A stretch of 64,000 nt of DNA from Magallana gigas (taxonomy: Eukaryota): positions 26,536,001 through 26,600,000 of the forward strand of contig NC_088854.1 in NCBI RefSeq assembly GCF_963853765.1. Direction: 5' to 3'. Under the pieces are notes generated by a model. That model was not told where the DNA came from. It made no database searches and saw nothing but the letters and a program-made list of their open reading frames with translations. Positions within the stretch are counted from its first letter, which is position 1. Each line of letters starts with the position of its first letter. A program made the translations under genes and the position numbers. Of the stretch, positions 60,977 to 64,000 are shown piece by piece.

Positions 60977-61997
60977 TTAGATGTAGAATATTTAAAATCC
61001 ACCCTACATATACATTTAGTCAGCGTAGTAATGTATCTTAGTGGGATACAAAATGAGGTATACAGCTATGCGTATTCCTGTTCAGTGTTCAGATATTCTC
61101 ATAGTTTTACTGTCAAATAAACGCCATCTTATATTCTTATTCTTATATAATATTTGGCATATTATTTTAATCTGACCTCTGCTATAGTTGCCAATGTCTT
61201 TAGTTATAAATGCATTTGAGTATGAAAGACAACTTAGAGTAAAAGAAAGAAATATGTATCTAAATTGCTTGAAATGTCATTACATGTATGACAACAATTT
61301 GTGTGTTTTGATATAAAGATTCGTTGGTTATTTTTTGTTACCTTCATCGTTTCTTTTATCATTTCTCTCATATAACTGATATAATAATTTTGCGTCAACT
61401 TGATAGTGCCTGTGTTTATAAGCGCTTTTTTGTTACAGCAAAAAAGAAATCCCAGCAAAGTCTATGAGACGAGGGCCTCCCTCCTTAGAACATACCAGAA
61501 TCCCGTGGACCCAGCCCCTCTATGGCAAATGCCAAAGTTCAGGGTAAATATTCCGTATAAAAATTAACAGATGTTTCAAAAAAAAAATTATAATGTACAT
61601 GTATTCAGAGGTAAACTGTTTATACAACTTATTTATCTTAGCTCAATATCATGCATTAGAAAGCTACATGTATTTGTTTATTTAACTTCTATCTTTCAAA
61701 TATTATTTACAATTGCGGTTAGGGAAAGAGATTCTCAATTTATTTAAACTTTTAATATTTGAGTACGTAATGTAGCAACTAGCTTTGTGCAAAGTAATTA
61801 ATTGTTCTGCGTTGTACCGGTATTTTTTTGAACAAAGTTTTTTTACTTTGAACTTTTTTCAGAATTCTGCTAGGCCATCACTGGAAACATTCCGTTCGCC
61901 CAAAGCTAGAGAATTAGCGTACCAAAATTTCGGATCTGATCAGATTTCCAGGAAAGGAAAGTTAGGCCACGGGGTTTACGAGCCCGCAGTCAACTAA
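57598..61997 (+). CDS. CFAP77: Cilia- and flagella-associated protein 77 homolog, 6 coding exons: join(57598-57696,58368-58467,58722-58965,59178-59280,61439-61543,61863-61997), 786 nt, 261 aa
   Basis: All introns GT..AG and phases chain 0,1,2,0,0 into one open frame. Translation has motifs I recognise from CFAP77/C9orf171: [75 protein letters not shown], LETF. Confidence 0.93.
58368..58467 (+). CDS. CFAP77: CFAP77 exon 2 ([33 protein letters not shown])
   Basis: Acceptor TTATAG ends 58367, donor GTAAGT at 58468, 100 nt (phase 0 to 1). Confidence 0.92.
58559..58630. repeat. Perfect 27-bp inverted repeat with 18-nt loop in CFAP77 intron 2
   Basis: CTGATTAAAATCAGATCCTCGATGCTC (58559-58585) and its exact reverse complement (58604-58630). 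Confidence 0.95.
58722..58965 (+). CDS. CFAP77: CFAP77 exon 3 (ALHGWQR...[21 protein letters not shown]...[11 protein letters not shown])
   Basis: Acceptor TTTGTAG ends 58721, donor GTAGTT at 58966, 244 nt; this is the 3' part of supplied ORF 58541..58969. Confidence 0.93.
59178..59280 (+). CDS. CFAP77: CFAP77 exon 4 ([34 protein letters not shown])
   Basis: Acceptor TTTCTGTTTCAG ends 59177, donor GTAAAA at 59281, 103 nt. Confidence 0.93.
59584..59637 (+). CDS. Candidate in-frame 54-nt cassette exon in CFAP77 intron 4 (NPILPEARLSQSAGPYPI)
   Basis: CTGAT branch-like motif, TTTTCCTCATTAG acceptor, GTGAGT donor, 18 sense codons, phase 0-0 matching flanking exons. No transcript evidence. Confidence 0.5.
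60840..60972. repeat. Two (CT)n microsatellites (60840-60888 and 60919-60972) in CFAP77 intron 4
   Basis: Direct reading. Confidence 0.95.
61439..61543 (+). CDS. CFAP77: CFAP77 exon 5 ([35 protein letters not shown])
   Basis: Acceptor TTTTTTGTTACAG ends 61438, donor GTAAAT at 61544, 105 nt. Confidence 0.92.
61863..61997 (+). CDS. CFAP77: CFAP77 exon 6, terminal (NSARPSLETFRSPKARELAYQNFGSDQISRKGKLGHGVYEPAVN*)
   Basis: Acceptor CTTTTTTCAG ends 61862, TAA stop at 61995-61997; 3' part of supplied ORF 61785..61997. Confidence 0.9.
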   Translation, partial: NSARPSLETFRSPKARELAYQNFGSDQISRKGKLGHGVYEPAVN

Positions 61998-64000
61998 ATT
62001 AGTGTCTTGACTTCTCATCTTATAAAAAAAACAGAATCATGAAATAATTACAGTTACTGAGAAATTTCAGCAGTAATAGCGGTTTTTAGGACAAGTTAAT
62101 GAAGTATTAATTAATCTGCTTGCCAGTAGAGACAATTAATTGCATGCATTAGGTTTGAAAATATTATTTGTTTGCCATATTTCCTCTTTGTAATATCCGT
62201 GTAACATTTAGTTACCTTTTCTATAAACATTTTTCAACGTGAAAAAATTATTTTATATGGATTTGCATGCATACATAAGTTATCTTTTTAGCGCGTATAT
62301 TTTTTTATACGCCAAAGAGTGCAAAACAAAGAGTCTAACAAGACTTGATTTTTTAAAAACATAATTGTTTGTTGATTTGTTAAATTATTGTGTCATTTTT
62401 TAACCTTTTTGTTTCATCGTGTGCTTTGAGACTTATCTGTGATACCGACTGAACACACATGGAGAGCGAAACCAATACGTACATACATGCCTTTGTACAC
62501 TATTTTCCAATTTGATGATCGGCATCTATTTTTCATACTTTACATAAAAATTCATGCACAATACCATTCCTTCCTCTATGTATCTTTTCAATCATGGTTT
62601 ACATGGTTTTGGTGATTGAGAATCGTTACCTTTGATTGGAGCTATCGGAATAAAAAAAAAATCTGTACAGTTTTTTGTGAACACAGTCACTTTCTATCTC
62701 CACTATGTTGTGTTTGTATTTATAAATTAAAAAAAATCTGGTTATCTCGGTGTTACTGAGTGCTTTTTTGTTGTTATCTAACGATTAGGTTACCATTTAT
62801 TGAGGTCTTGTCTTTCTCTTACAAAAGCTTTTCAAATTTACTGCAAGCCGACCGTCCGTATACATACATCGCAAAATATATAAAGCGTGTAATGTATATG
62901 TATGCTGCTCAGTGCTTCCCTCATTGTGTATACAAAAGAAAATGTCCTCATCGTTGAAATTCAAACTGAATGCATATCTATTATACTTCAACATAAGGTA
63001 AACATTGGGGAAAGAGAGAAACTCTGACAATGTTGGTTTTTGGATATTTATTTTGAATAAGATGTATTGTAAAGCATACAAGAGTGTTTAAATATTGAGC
63101 ATCGCAACACAAAACTATTTTGGTTTTAAAACACGATATTGGTTCACCGAGTTCATATTTAAACCACTTTATTGTAACAATTGTCTTGATCGAAGATTTA
63201 TTAATTGATAACAAATTGACACAAAAGTTTGATAATGTATAAACAGATTCGAATCAATTGCAATGATTTTAAGCAAACATAAGGACTTATTACTTGTTTT
63301 CTGGAAAACAATGTTTAATATCCTTTTGATGGACCGACACGTGCGCACATGTATATCTGTGAATATGGCGTTTTATTAAAAGATTGGAAGTAATATTGGG
63401 CATGAAGGACTGAATCAAAGCTAGCTAAAACGGTAACATATACTAGATTTAGCCATCACAGGATTGAATTCGAAGATCCTTGATTTTATAGCATTACTTG
63501 ACGCACTTTTAAGTCAGCATAAATAGATTACACATGTATGTAGAATACATAAATATAAAATACAAAGATAAAATATATAGTCTAACAATGTACTGGTTAC
63601 TGACCATGTTATAAGTACCAGTTAGCAGGAATGTAATAACATATCCCTTATATAAGTAAAAGAGACCATCCCCTCACCAAAAAATGGCAACAAGTCTAAT
63701 TGATATGGAGTATAAAAGCTACAAGCTGCCGTATTAAACCTCGGATTTCTTCAAAGGCAAGATTACATACATGGCAAACATATGGCTCTAGACAGTTGAC
63801 ATTCTTTGCAAATAGTTAATTAAAGTTCATATAAGTTCATATGATGAACGCAACTTCTTGTTCAATAACATTTACGGCATTTTACCTGAAAATGTACATA
63901 ATGCAACCCACCATGCAAATGAAATATATAGACTTATCTGTGGCGTAGCAACAAGGACTACAAATTGAATGCTAACGGTTTAATGACAACGAATATAAAT

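Noticed and set aside
1-64000. Most of the 60-110 aa ORFs in the supplied track
   Set aside because: Low-complexity F/I/L/K/Y-rich translations, many from non-ATG starts or inside repeats; typical of chance frames in AT-rich DNA.
1-64000. CRISPR arrays, rRNA, tRNA, prokaryotic operons, intact transposase or reverse transcriptase
   Set aside because: None seen: no regularly spaced repeat-spacer array, no cloverleaf or rRNA motifs, no long ORF with DDE or RT motifs.

Overview
AT-rich eukaryotic (animal) genomic DNA with spliceosomal introns, one 133-nt N gap and many small non-autonomous transposons. The repeat repertoire (satellite-carrying Helentron-like elements, TTAA-flanked Kolobok-type MITEs, palindromic MITEs) looks like oyster/bivalve (Crassostrea-like) DNA; this is recognition from memory, not a database result. 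Two protein-coding genes could be reconstructed exon by exon with consistent splice phases, both near the right end and arranged head-to-head with only 198 nt between start codons: a 5-exon UPF0547/C16orf87 homolog on the minus strand (184 aa, CDS 57399->50284) and a 6-exon CFAP77 homolog on the plus strand (261 aa, CDS 57598->61997). The first ~50 kb has no gene I can name. It contains MITEs and Helentrons, tandem duplications (including a ~1.5-kb segment present three times), a self-nested inverted transposon insertion, long hairpins and a few unidentified candidate coding or promoter segments. The best candidate is a TATA/Inr-driven 63-codon ORF at 36150-36341. Most of the supplied ORF track is chance ORFs. 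I found no convincing new biological system. The most testable observations are the shared promoter with an RFX-like site inside a coding exon, an in-frame 54-nt candidate cassette exon in CFAP77, and the orphan small ORF.
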